Shown one piece after another: positions 24,045 through 32,000 of a stretch of DNA of 32,000 nt. Under the pieces are notes generated by a model. The model saw nothing but the letters and a program-made list of their open reading frames with translations, was not told the origin of the DNA and ran no database searches. The number at the start of each line of letters is the position of its first letter. The stretch's first letter is position 1. Origin of the DNA: Promethearchaeum syntrophicum (GTDB taxonomy: Archaea; Asgardarchaeota; Lokiarchaeia; Sigyniarchaeales; Promethearchaeaceae); NCBI RefSeq assembly GCF_008000775.2, contig NZ_CP042905.2, positions 570,001 to 602,000 on the forward strand, in the 5' to 3' direction. Made by a program: the position numbers and the translations under genes.

Positions 24045-24875
24045 ATGACTACAAAAAAAAAAGGTTATGAAACTTCAATTTGGAAAGGAATTTTAAGAAG
24101 TCCAGAAAAAATTCTTGATTCTACAAAAGGTTTTAACCAATTGGGGGAAAAAATACCTCCCAAAAGCATCATATCGATTTCAAATGTAAAAAAAATCTAT
24201 AAGTTGGGAGATGTAAAAGTAAATGCCTTAGATGGGGTCTCCTTCGATATCTTCGAAGGTGAGATTGTGTTTGTTTTAGGTCCCTCTGGATCTGGAAAAA
24301 CAACTTTACTAAATCTAATTGGGGGAATTGATTCCATTTCTGAAGGGGAAATAATTGTATGTGATGACACCTTAAGGGCACTTAGCGCGAAGCAACTGAC
24401 CAAGTATCGCAAAAAACGTCTGGCTTTCGTATTCCAATTTTATTCCTTAATTCCAACTCTTACAGTTGTGGAGAATGTTGAGCTCACAATGGAATTAATG
24501 AAATTTCCTCAGAAAACAATTCGAAAGGAGGCAAAAAAATTTATTGAAATGGTGGGTCTTACAGACCGTCAAAATAATTTTCCCTCTCAACTTTCTGGAG
24601 GGGAGCGTCAGAGGGTAGCAATTGCTCGGGCTTTAGCAAAAGATCCTGATATTTTACTTGTAGATGAACCAACTGGGCAATTAGATCAAGATTCTGGAGT
24701 TAAAATCGTGGATTTGATCAGGACAATTGCTAAAGCTCAAAATAAAACTGTTTTGCTGGTGACTCATGATATTGAAATCCATAAATTTGCTGATCGGGTG
24801 ATTAAACTACGATCAGGAAAAATCATTTCCGATCAATACCTTGAAGGTGGTGTTCCCGTTGAAAGCAATTTATAA
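24045..24875 (+). CDS. ABC transporter ATP-binding protein (MacB/LolD-like)
   Basis: Walker A GPSGSGKTT. Q-loop. Signature LSGGERQRVAIARAL. Walker B LLVDEPTGQLD. The ATG at 24045 is preferred over the track's GTG at 24012. Confidence 0.9.
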   Translation: MTTKKKGYETSIWKGILRSPEKILDSTKGFNQLGEKIPPKSIISISNVKKIYKLGDVKVNALDGVSFDIFEGEIVFVLGPSGSGKTTLLNLIGGIDSISEGEIIVCDDTLRALSAKQLTKYRKKRLAFVFQFYSLIPTLTVVENVELTMELMKFPQKTIRKEAKKFIEMVGLTDRQNNFPSQLSGGERQRVAIARALAKDPDILLVDEPTGQLDQDSGVKIVDLIRTIAKAQNKTVLLVTHDIEIHKFADRVIKLRSGKIISDQYLEGGVPVESNL

Positions 24876-27198
24876 AGCAGTGCTACGGGATATTTATTTT
24901 CATAAAGGAAGGAGTTTTATCACTTTCTTTGCCTTATTCTTAGTGATCGCCTTCCCAATAGCCATGTTCTCTACCGGTGCGTCTATTGAAAATTCAATAA
25001 ACATCACTAATGAAGAATACCATTTAGCTCATATGGATTTATATTTTGGACCAATTCATGAGGATATCACCACAAACATCACCGATACGATAATAGATAC
25101 ATTAGGGGTTTCTCCTGAAAGGGTTCAAGCTCAATTAAATACAAAAACTAAGATATTTCATGAGGAAACTTGGTATTCAGTTCAAACTTTTGGTGTAAAT
25201 CCGAATAAAACGCTTGAGATCAATCAAGTCAAAATCATCGAAGGTAAGTTTGATTTGAAAGCCGGGGAAATCGCTGTTATGGATACTTTTGCTACTCATC
25301 TCAATATTTCAATTGGAGATTCTCTCACTTTAAATTTAGGTAGCCGTAACGAAACATATTCAATAGTTGGATTTATCCAAGCGATTAATTATGTAAGCTA
25401 CGATCTCGTTCAACAAGGTTTCATTTATCTAAATGAAGCCGATTTACGCGATTTAATGGGCTTTCCTGACCAATATTTTAATGAAGTTTTAATATACCTT
25501 TCTGAAGATATTACAGATGAAGAAGTTGAAATATGTTCGATTAATTTACGAGATTATTTCAAGGAAAATCACATTCCTGTTTATTTTTTATGGCATACCC
25601 GCATAGTTTCATACGGTGCAGTACTTTCTGACACATTGAATTTAACATCAAGTTATTTGGCAACTTCAGCAACTCTTATTGTCATTATTGTTGGTATCGT
25701 CATTTTTATCATTACAAAACGTTACGCAATTGAACAGCGAAAACAAACTGGAATGCTCTATTCTTATGGATTCTCTTCTAAAACTATCATGAGTGCCTTC
25801 TTGCTACGGACTTCTGTCTTGTCATTCTTTGCCATGATTTTTGGATCGGTAGCAGGATGGTATCTGCTAAAACTTTTAACTTCATTTCTCGGAAATTTGT
25901 GGGGATTATTAAATGTTTCAGCACTAATAACTGCAGGAACTGTATCAGAAGTCTTACTTTCCACTTTTGGGGTATCTTTATTATTTACTTTCCTCGCTGC
26001 ACGAGAAAATGTTTCTCTTACCCCCTATGAAGCCATACGGGGGAAAATCAAAGAATTTTCTCAAAAAATGAATCTTTCTGTAATGGTTCGATTCCCAATT
26101 CAGCTTAAAGTTCCTATACGAAACGTGTCACGAAATAAAGTTCGAAGTGTTTTAACAGTATTAGCTTTTAGTGGATCAATAATGCTATCCTTCTCTCTCA
26201 TAAACACCCAAACTAATCTAACAGAGACTCAAGAAGATTTTTTCAGCACACTAAATTGGGATGTTCAAACAATATTCAACACCCACGATTACTCAGATTC
26301 TATTTATCTGGAAATGAAAGAAAATGAAGAAATCATAACATGTGAGCCTTTTTTAGAAAGGAATGTACAGTTTTTTGAACAAGTTGAAAAAATTACGATT
26401 TTTCGGGGTATATTATCTAATAGCACTTTAATAGAACTTGATCTCCAAGAAGGACCGGGTTTTTCTGACGAGATCAAGGATGAAGTTATCCTCTCCCAAT
26501 TTAATGCTGACAATTTGGGATATTCTGTTGGGGATAATTGTAGTTTTTGGTTATTTGATCAACAAATTAATGTAACCGTGGTAGGAATAGCTCGAACTAT
26601 GGATTCTCCGTTATTAATGTATATTCAATTAGAAACCCTAGAAGATATATTTGGATTTATGCCGATTAATGGGATGCTGGTAGATGTCGAGGACACAGAA
26701 ATTAATGACTATACTAATGTACTCAATGAAAATTCAGATGTGCAATTTGCTATCAAAAAAGCAAAATTTGAAACCAGAATTCGGAATATTGTGGCTTCAC
26801 AGACTGTGATAGTCAATATTATGGTTGTTCTTGGCTTGATTGTGTCCTTTCTTTCAATTTTCTCAACTACAATAATTATTGTTATTGAACGAGATCGGGA
26901 ATATGCTTTACAACGTGTATTCGGATTTTCAACGTGGCAAATTCTAACCCAAATTTTTCTCGAACTTTCATTCTTGGTTTTGATCGCTTTATTACTCGGT
27001 TATCTTACAGGGAATTATTTGAGCGCTTACTGGAAGAATCTCATCGCTGAAAGCTTCTTCTCAATTAATAATTATTTTATCTGGACGGATTATTTAGTTT
27101 TATTCCTCTTTGCATTAGGGGCTACTATATTTTCATTGTATCCGGAATATCAAACCCTAAAAAAGCAATACTTGGCGGAAGGGATTAAAGAGGAATAA
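24841..27198 (+). CDS. FtsX/MacB-type ABC permease with two FtsX modules and large extracytoplasmic domains
   Basis: 785 aa. Two 4-TM FtsX-like blocks are each preceded by a large soluble domain. It overlaps the ATPase gene end. The start is ambiguous (TTG/GTG at 24841-24859). Confidence 0.85.
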   Translation: MKVVFPLKAIYKAVLRDIYFHKGRSFITFFALFLVIAFPIAMFSTGASIENSINITNEEYHLAHMDLYFGPIHEDITTNITDTIIDTLGVSPERVQAQLNTKTKIFHEETWYSVQTFGVNPNKTLEINQVKIIEGKFDLKAGEIAVMDTFATHLNISIGDSLTLNLGSRNETYSIVGFIQAINYVSYDLVQQGFIYLNEADLRDLMGFPDQYFNEVLIYLSEDITDEEVEICSINLRDYFKENHIPVYFLWHTRIVSYGAVLSDTLNLTSSYLATSATLIVIIVGIVIFIITKRYAIEQRKQTGMLYSYGFSSKTIMSAFLLRTSVLSFFAMIFGSVAGWYLLKLLTSFLGNLWGLLNVSALITAGTVSEVLLSTFGVSLLFTFLAARENVSLTPYEAIRGKIKEFSQKMNLSVMVRFPIQLKVPIRNVSRNKVRSVLTVLAFSGSIMLSFSLINTQTNLTETQEDFFSTLNWDVQTIFNTHDYSDSIYLEMKENEEIITCEPFLERNVQFFEQVEKITIFRGILSNSTLIELDLQEGPGFSDEIKDEVILSQFNADNLGYSVGDNCSFWLFDQQINVTVVGIARTMDSPLLMYIQLETLEDIFGFMPINGMLVDVEDTEINDYTNVLNENSDVQFAIKKAKFETRIRNIVASQTVIVNIMVVLGLIVSFLSIFSTTIIIVIERDREYALQRVFGFSTWQILTQIFLELSFLVLIALLLGYLTGNYLSAYWKNLIAESFFSINNYFIWTDYLVLFLFALGATIFSLYPEYQTLKKQYLAEGIKEE

Positions 27199-27230
27199 TT
27201 TTTTCTCATTTTGTTTTCCTTTTGGGCTGA

Positions 27231-27259
27231 TATGGCTTAGGCGGAAAATATATATAACC
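27231..27259 (+). repeat. Direct-repeat module copy 1 (BRE/TATA-like core), 3' side of the TPP-enzyme gene
   Basis: TATGGCTTAGGCGGAAAATATATATAACC. The first 14 nt are identical to 29236-29249, and about 25 of 29-30 positions match overall (one 1-nt indel). Both copies are followed by an A-run plus AATCAATA. Confidence 0.6.
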
Positions 27260-27269
27260 GAAAAAAGAA

Positions 27270-29015
27270 TCAATAATAATTAGGAGGGAGCAATTCTTTT
27301 GGGTCGGTTAAAACATCTATAACATGAAAACCTGGAGAGGTTATTTTTTCCTTAATTATCTGATCCAATTCCGAAAGTTGAGATATTTGGACTGCATCTG
27401 CCCCAAAAGCCTTGGCAATTCCTATAAAATTACTTTTCGGCCTGTCTGTATCATAAAATCTGCGCTGGTGAAGCATTCCCTGTCCGAATTTGACAAATCC
27501 GAGCGCAGCATTGTTGAGTATGATAATTGTGCAGTCGATTCCTAATTTATCAATGGTTTCGAGATCACTCAACCCAGCATTCATCAGTCCCCCGTCCCCG
27601 GTGATCAAAACAACATGGGGTTTGTCCTCTTTGGAATATACTTCATCTAGTGCAATCGAAGTACCGATCAAAGCACCCAACCCAAAACCGGTAGGACCTA
27701 CCCCTCTCGCCGTGATTATTTTTCTCCCTAATCCTTTAACAGGGTAATATGGGCCTATCCATCGTGCACTTGAGCTGGCATCAGTTACTAAGTAATCATT
27801 AGGTCCCATTACATCGGCAATTGATTTTAGTACTCTTTGGGGTTTTATTGGTTGCTTAATGAGCCAATTTTTGTTATCCCGTTCCCGATATTTAAGATGA
27901 TCTGCTTTTAGTTTAATTATTCTGTCCAATCGTTCTTTTAGAACAACTTCAACATCTTCACTTTCCGAAATTCCCATTTCTTTCAAGCCTTCGATCATCA
28001 TGGATAAAGCAATTTGACAATCCCCAACAATTTCTTGGGCATCAAATGTGAGCCCGATCTCCAGCGGTTCAATATCAATTTGGATTTTTTTTAATTTATG
28101 GGATGGGATTTTGAAATTTGCGGTGTCATCTTCCGTCATTCGGTTGCCAACGATAATCATGAGATCAGCACTTTTGCGCAAGAACTTATGGTTAGGTTTT
28201 TCTCCAAAAAGACCAACTGTGCCAAAGTATAGGTTTTCTTCTGTTTGAGAGATTATACCTTTCCCCCCGATCGTAGAAAATACGGGGGCATTGAGCATTT
28301 CACTCAGTTTTTTAACTTCTCTAAAAGCACCCGATGTGACGGCTTGTGACCCCGAGAAGATTACAGGTTGTTTTGCTTCACGGATCATACGGACTGCTTG
28401 TTCAACTTCAGATGCTGCAGGTGCGATTCTGCATCCTTCGACAGCACAAGACCCCCCTTCAGTTCTGATATATTCCCCAAGAGCTAGTTCTTGAGATTGC
28501 ATAACATCTTCGGGTATAATTAATGCAGTTGGTCCATTTTTTCCATTTTTTGCATTACGAATCGCAAATTTGAGGAATCGGGGTAATTGTTCTGGAATAA
28601 AAACTTCCTGTGTTGATTTTGTAATCGGCTTCAACACACCTGCAACGTCAATATCGTGGGGGACATTTCGCAATTTATGCTTTACTTGGACCACTCCAAC
28701 TAAAGCTAACACAGGACTTCCAAAACCCTTTGCTTCCGCAAGTGCTACAGGAAAATTCATAGATCCCGCAGCCCCCGCATCACAAACCCCTAAATTACCG
28801 GACACGCGTGCATATGCGTCTGCTGCGAACGCGGCAGTCCGTTCATCATTCAATAAGATATGATCAATCCCTTTGGTTTGTAATATTCCATCATAAAGTG
28901 CTAACGTATGTCCGTCTGGTATCCCAAAAACTTTCTGGACTCCATTATCTTTGAGCATTCTTGCGATTCCCGTACCTGCTCTTACATTTTCTTTGAGAAG
29001 TTCTTCTTGTGTCAT
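27270..29015 (-). CDS. Thiamine-diphosphate-dependent enzyme, acetolactate synthase large-subunit (IlvB) family
   Basis: N-terminal Pyr domain with catalytic Glu (LNDERTAAFAADAYARVSG). C-terminal TPP motif GDGGLMNAGLSDLETIDKLGIDCTIIILNNAALG. Length 581 aa. Confidence 0.88.
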   Translation of the reverse strand: MTQEELLKENVRAGTGIARMLKDNGVQKVFGIPDGHTLALYDGILQTKGIDHILLNDERTAAFAADAYARVSGNLGVCDAGAAGSMNFPVALAEAKGFGSPVLALVGVVQVKHKLRNVPHDIDVAGVLKPITKSTQEVFIPEQLPRFLKFAIRNAKNGKNGPTALIIPEDVMQSQELALGEYIRTEGGSCAVEGCRIAPAASEVEQAVRMIREAKQPVIFSGSQAVTSGAFREVKKLSEMLNAPVFSTIGGKGIISQTEENLYFGTVGLFGEKPNHKFLRKSADLMIIVGNRMTEDDTANFKIPSHKLKKIQIDIEPLEIGLTFDAQEIVGDCQIALSMMIEGLKEMGISESEDVEVVLKERLDRIIKLKADHLKYRERDNKNWLIKQPIKPQRVLKSIADVMGPNDYLVTDASSSARWIGPYYPVKGLGRKIITARGVGPTGFGLGALIGTSIALDEVYSKEDKPHVVLITGDGGLMNAGLSDLETIDKLGIDCTIIILNNAALGFVKFGQGMLHQRRFYDTDRPKSNFIGIAKAFGADAVQISQLSELDQIIKEKITSPGFHVIDVLTDPKELLPPNYY

Positions 29016-29235
29016 TTATTATCCCCTTGATCTTAAACAAATAATTCTTTTTTTTTTAATCAATAAAGTTGAACCTAAAAATAACGAGGTAGGGGGGAGT
29101 AAAAAGGCTTTGGTTTGTGGGGTTCTAAACTCTTAACGTTTAAGACTATCCTTTACTACCAAAATTGACTCTCCACTAATGTTTTAACATCTTCGAGATT
29201 GACCACTCCACTATTTGAATTGATTTATGAGCAGC

Positions 29236-29265
29236 TATGGCTTAGGCGGGAAAGTTGTATAAACC
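29236..29265 (+). repeat. Direct-repeat module copy 2, 5' side of the TPP-enzyme gene
   Basis: TATGGCTTAGGCGGGAAAGTTGTATAAACC. See copy 1 (27231-27259). Confidence 0.6.
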
Positions 29266-29331
29266 ATTTTGAAAAATAGAAAAAAAATCAATAGATACTG
29301 CTCAAGTAGTTAAAGAATTATGGTAAAGGTT

Positions 29332-30363
29332 TCAAGTTTGTTTTTCTTGAGCGCCCTTTCGAAAGTTCATTGACAGAAAAGTAATTCCTGTTCCAAATAT
29401 ACCAAGACCTGCAGAAACTCCGAAGAATGTAATGACGGGGACCATTATTCCTGCAATAAATAATCCAGCACCAATAACCACTTGAGCTCCACCTGCCAGA
29501 ATTGATGTTAGTCGAAATTGGGTTGAGATAGGCACATCTATATGGATAATTCGTCCACTCGAACCATCAATGTATGCCTCATATTTTTTATTGTTGTAGG
29601 AGAATTTGACTTCATAGACGGGAAAATGGATGTAAAAGACATCTTTCTCCTCCACTTCGTCATTCCGATTAGTAATTGAAACCACTTCTTTCCTCATTTC
29701 ACCTGCCTGTCTGTTAAGAACATTATTGAACATCCATTTTTTAGCTTCATCAAATTCATATACAGAATCGATAACTTTCCCTCCTAATTCTTTCACATGA
29801 GTCATATCAAAGAATTCCTTTCCGGTTGTGGTTACTACATAATTTCGGAGGTATTTCGGAATACTTTTCTCGCTCAGAGCCATCAATGGAATTTGATATT
29901 CACGGTGAATATTTCCTTTTTCTTCGCGTTTGTAATACCACACGTGTTCATACCACCCAGGGCGGTCCCGAGCTGGGTGAGAAAACTTTGGCCAATTATC
30001 CATCCCTACATAAGAACTTGTAGCTTTATACTGTCCTACCCAAATGGGATAGAATTTCAATTCTCGGCTTGTGATTATTGCTGAAGTTTCAAAATCCTGA
30101 GGGGCTCCCGGAACTTTTTTAATCCAATCTTCCATTATAGATTGAGCTTCTTGACCATTGTAATGACAACGTATAATGTAATGATCTTTGATTATGTATG
30201 TGCTTTTTGCTTCTTCGGTCAAATTTTCACCAGTAATATTGGAACCATCGGGACCGACCATCAGAGAAACTTGAATGGCGGTTCCACAGAAGTCACAAGT
30301 ATGGATGGGGCTAGGGGGAACTTCAAGATCAGCTGCACAATTTGGACATACTATTTTTACCAT
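29332..30363 (-). CDS. Zinc-ribbon / soluble domain / C-terminal multi-TM protein (paralog A)
   Basis: N-terminal CPNC...CDFC ribbon. Conserved YIHFPVYEVKFSYNNKKYEAYIDGSSGRIIHIDVPIST block. Gly-rich TM region. GAGGAGGT lies 9 nt upstream of the ATG, which follows the upstream gene's TAA by 1 nt. Confidence 0.7.
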   Translation of the reverse strand: MVKIVCPNCAADLEVPPSPIHTCDFCGTAIQVSLMVGPDGSNITGENLTEEAKSTYIIKDHYIIRCHYNGQEAQSIMEDWIKKVPGAPQDFETSAIITSRELKFYPIWVGQYKATSSYVGMDNWPKFSHPARDRPGWYEHVWYYKREEKGNIHREYQIPLMALSEKSIPKYLRNYVVTTTGKEFFDMTHVKELGGKVIDSVYEFDEAKKWMFNNVLNRQAGEMRKEVVSITNRNDEVEEKDVFYIHFPVYEVKFSYNNKKYEAYIDGSSGRIIHIDVPISTQFRLTSILAGGAQVVIGAGLFIAGIMVPVITFFGVSAGLGIFGTGITFLSMNFRKGAQEKQT

Positions 30364-30364
30364 C

Positions 30365-31456
30365 TTATTTACCTCCTCTTAACGCCTTTTTTGCGGCTTT
30401 TAATGATATACGACGTTCCTTTTTAATTTCTTTCATGGATGATTTTTCCAGCTGCATTTTAAACGCTTTTCGGATGGGAATGGCACTACAACTGATACCC
30501 ACCACTCCCAATATTATCAAAATTATTCCTATCACAGCAGTGTCTTCTATAGCTGACATTTGAATTCCGAAATTTCCTAAGATCGCTGAAACCAAAATCA
30601 ATACCGTCCCCAAAACATAATTTATAATCCTTTGTTTCGTGGTGATGGGAACTTCACCCTTAACCACCTTTCCGGAATCTCCAGCTACCGAGACCTTATA
30701 GATTTTATCCTCAAGTCGATAGCGGACCGACCATAAGGGTGAATGCACGTAAAGTGGATTTTCCACGGTGATTTCCGAGTCACAACGAACCAATTTATGG
30801 AGATTTGAAGCGGCCATTGACCGATTTTTATTTTCAATATCGCCATATGCTTCCATTTGAGCTTCATTGGGCTCCACTTCCGCATTTATAAATTCTGAAT
30901 TGGCATCTTTGACTTTCTCAAAATCAAAATCAACCACATTATCAAGAAACAAAGTTGAATTAAATTCTGAAAACCCATAAAAAGCAGTATGTTTGCGGGC
31001 AATAATATTCTGTTTACCATTTCTGGAAAAATTTCCTTTCGTATCTTTCCAGACGGTCACTTGATATGCTTCTTGGTAAGTTTCCGTCCTTTTTTTACCA
31101 TTGGAGTCTGTTACAGTTCTAGTCTTAGTACGATGTCTTGTAACAGACCCTCGCTGCACTCCATAATACTCCGTATGCGATTTAAACGGGACTATCCAAT
31201 ATGGCAAGTAATTAGCTTTGACTTCATCAATGGAAATTGAATTTATATCGGTTTTATTTTTTTTTAAAAATTCAGTAACGTTTGCGCGAATTTCTTTCTG
31301 AGATTTTGTGGGAATCATTTTATGACCAGCCACTTTATTAAAATCCACATCATATGTTTCTCCACAGTATTCGCAAGTAATCACGATATTTTCTGGAGAA
31401 AGTTTTAAGGTTGCACCACAATTAGTGCAAGGTTTTGTAAGCTTACTTTCTGTCAA
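30365..31456 (-). CDS. Zinc-ribbon / soluble domain / C-terminal multi-TM protein (paralog B)
   Basis: N-terminal CTNC...CEYC ribbon. YVHSPLWSVRYRLEDKIYKVSVAGDSGKVVKGEVPITT aligns with paralog A. Two or three TM segments and a basic tail. TTG start with AGGTGA 6 nt upstream. Confidence 0.7.
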   Translation of the reverse strand: MTESKLTKPCTNCGATLKLSPENIVITCEYCGETYDVDFNKVAGHKMIPTKSQKEIRANVTEFLKKNKTDINSISIDEVKANYLPYWIVPFKSHTEYYGVQRGSVTRHRTKTRTVTDSNGKKRTETYQEAYQVTVWKDTKGNFSRNGKQNIIARKHTAFYGFSEFNSTLFLDNVVDFDFEKVKDANSEFINAEVEPNEAQMEAYGDIENKNRSMAASNLHKLVRCDSEITVENPLYVHSPLWSVRYRLEDKIYKVSVAGDSGKVVKGEVPITTKQRIINYVLGTVLILVSAILGNFGIQMSAIEDTAVIGIILIILGVVGISCSAIPIRKAFKMQLEKSSMKEIKKERRISLKAAKKALRGGK

Positions 31457-31539
31457 TATTTTTCACCTGTAATGCTTCATACATAAAATGAAAGTTATTT
31501 AATAGTAAATTTGTAAAAAAAAAAAAAGGTAGAAAAAAT

Positions 31540-32000
31540 TTATTGTTTTGCCCCACATTTCTCGCAAAATCGCTGACCAGGATCCAACGGGTCTCCACAC
31601 TTATAACATTTTAAAGGACCAGCAGGATGACCACATTGTTCACAGAATTTTTGTCCTTCATCAAGCGGGTCTCCACAATTTTTGCAAAGATCTTCTGAAG
31701 CGGGTGTACCACATTTATCACAGAATTTCTCATCTTTATCAAGTGGATCTCCACATTTTTTGCATTTACCACCTTCACCAGTTGATTTGGGTACTGCTGG
31801 GGGGTGGGGATCCTTTCCACAATTAGAACATGCTTTGGCATCTAATTTTAATTGAGTGCCACAATGAGCGCAAGTCATAAAATCGCCTCCACCACCAGCA
31901 ACTGCCCCAGTTTTCATTCCTCCGCTCATAATATAAGCTGATGCTGCTCCTCCTGTAGATTTACCCAATTCCTTCGCTACATCCTTTTGGGTTTCCGCAG
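31540..32000 (-). CDS. Protein ending in four tandem zinc ribbons, 5'-truncated by the window edge
   Basis: The frame stays open upstream of the track's TTG (..AETQKDVAKELGKSTGG..) to the window end. The C-terminus has CAHCG...CSNCG followed by three repeats of CxxCGDPLDxxxxFCxxCG. Confidence 0.65.
   Translation of the reverse strand, partial: AETQKDVAKELGKSTGGAASAYIMSGGMKTGAVAGGGGDFMTCAHCGTQLKLDAKACSNCGKDPHPPAVPKSTGEGGKCKKCGDPLDKDEKFCDKCGTPASEDLCKNCGDPLDEGQKFCEQCGHPAGPLKCYKCGDPLDPGQRFCEKCGAKQ

Noticed and set aside
366-28863. Other nested or antisense ORFs in the track. Examples: 366-596, 846-1031, 3030-3269, 3553-3834, 14043-14225, 14719-15000, 16993-17319, 18013-18195, 19629-19838, 20883-21098, 22141-22762, 23523-23705, 24169-24412, 25764-25964, 26304-26513, 27324-28863, 28951-29136, 29797-30563, 30685-31240, 31548-31841
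   Set aside because: Each lies inside, or overlaps, a longer ORF on the other strand or frame that carries recognisable family motifs. The translations are low-complexity or Leu/Ile/Phe/Ser-rich, as expected for shadow frames.
29016-29235. TPP riboswitch upstream of the TPP-dependent enzyme gene
   Set aside because: The - strand leader lacks the conserved CUGAGA and ACCUGAUCUGGAUAAUGCCAGCG-like cores. TPP-using enzymes are also not typical riboswitch targets.
1-32000. CRISPR arrays, rRNA genes, and defence-system hallmarks (reverse transcriptase, Cas, toxin-antitoxin pairs)
   Set aside because: I saw no regularly spaced direct repeats of 25-40 nt. Apart from the IS, the only GC-rich RNA-like features are tRNA-Cys and the short tRNA-like fragment at 3984-4010. 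None of the ORF translations carries these motifs.

Overview
AT-rich prokaryotic chromosomal window: hand-counted 60-nt lines give about 18-35% GC outside one island. An Arf-like small GTPase, many zinc-ribbon membrane proteins, oligo-T tracts after genes and BRE/TATA-like promoter boxes suggest an archaeon, plausibly Asgard/Lokiarchaeia-like. That placement is inference and cannot be proven from this window. About 30 genes are supported. Housekeeping: tRNA-Cys(GCA), cysS, gpsA. Transport: copA-type P1B ATPase, an MFS/UMF1 transporter, a 2TM+RCK channel, an ABC-2 exporter, and a MacB/FtsX-type exporter paired with a divergent MarR regulator. Redox: a class I disulfide reductase, a DUF438/hemerythrin/PAS protein and a Prx-like redoxin. 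Also present are a TPP-dependent IlvB-family enzyme, a 5'-truncated M6-like peptidase and several lineage-specific membrane or zinc-ribbon proteins. The main finding is a GC-rich (about 45-55%) roughly 2-kb IS110-family insertion at about 7.97-9.99 kb on the - strand. Its 350-400-nt 5' non-coding left end is densely structured and is best explained as a bridge (guide) RNA for the DEDD/Ser recombinase. Secondary findings: (1) an in-frame TGA at the first Cys of the redox CxxC motif of the redoxin, either a selenocysteine candidate or a pseudogene; (2) an Arf-like GTPase with switch II DVGGQ replaced by DVCCT and an N-terminal extra domain; (3) a degenerate tRNA-Cys 3' fragment 2 kb downstream of the intact tRNA-Cys; (4) a direct-repeat module bracketing the TPP-enzyme gene; (5) a cluster of paralogous zinc-ribbon/TM proteins next to a poly-zinc-ribbon protein; (6) a Cys/His-rich tail on CopA. 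No CRISPR array or rRNA gene was seen.
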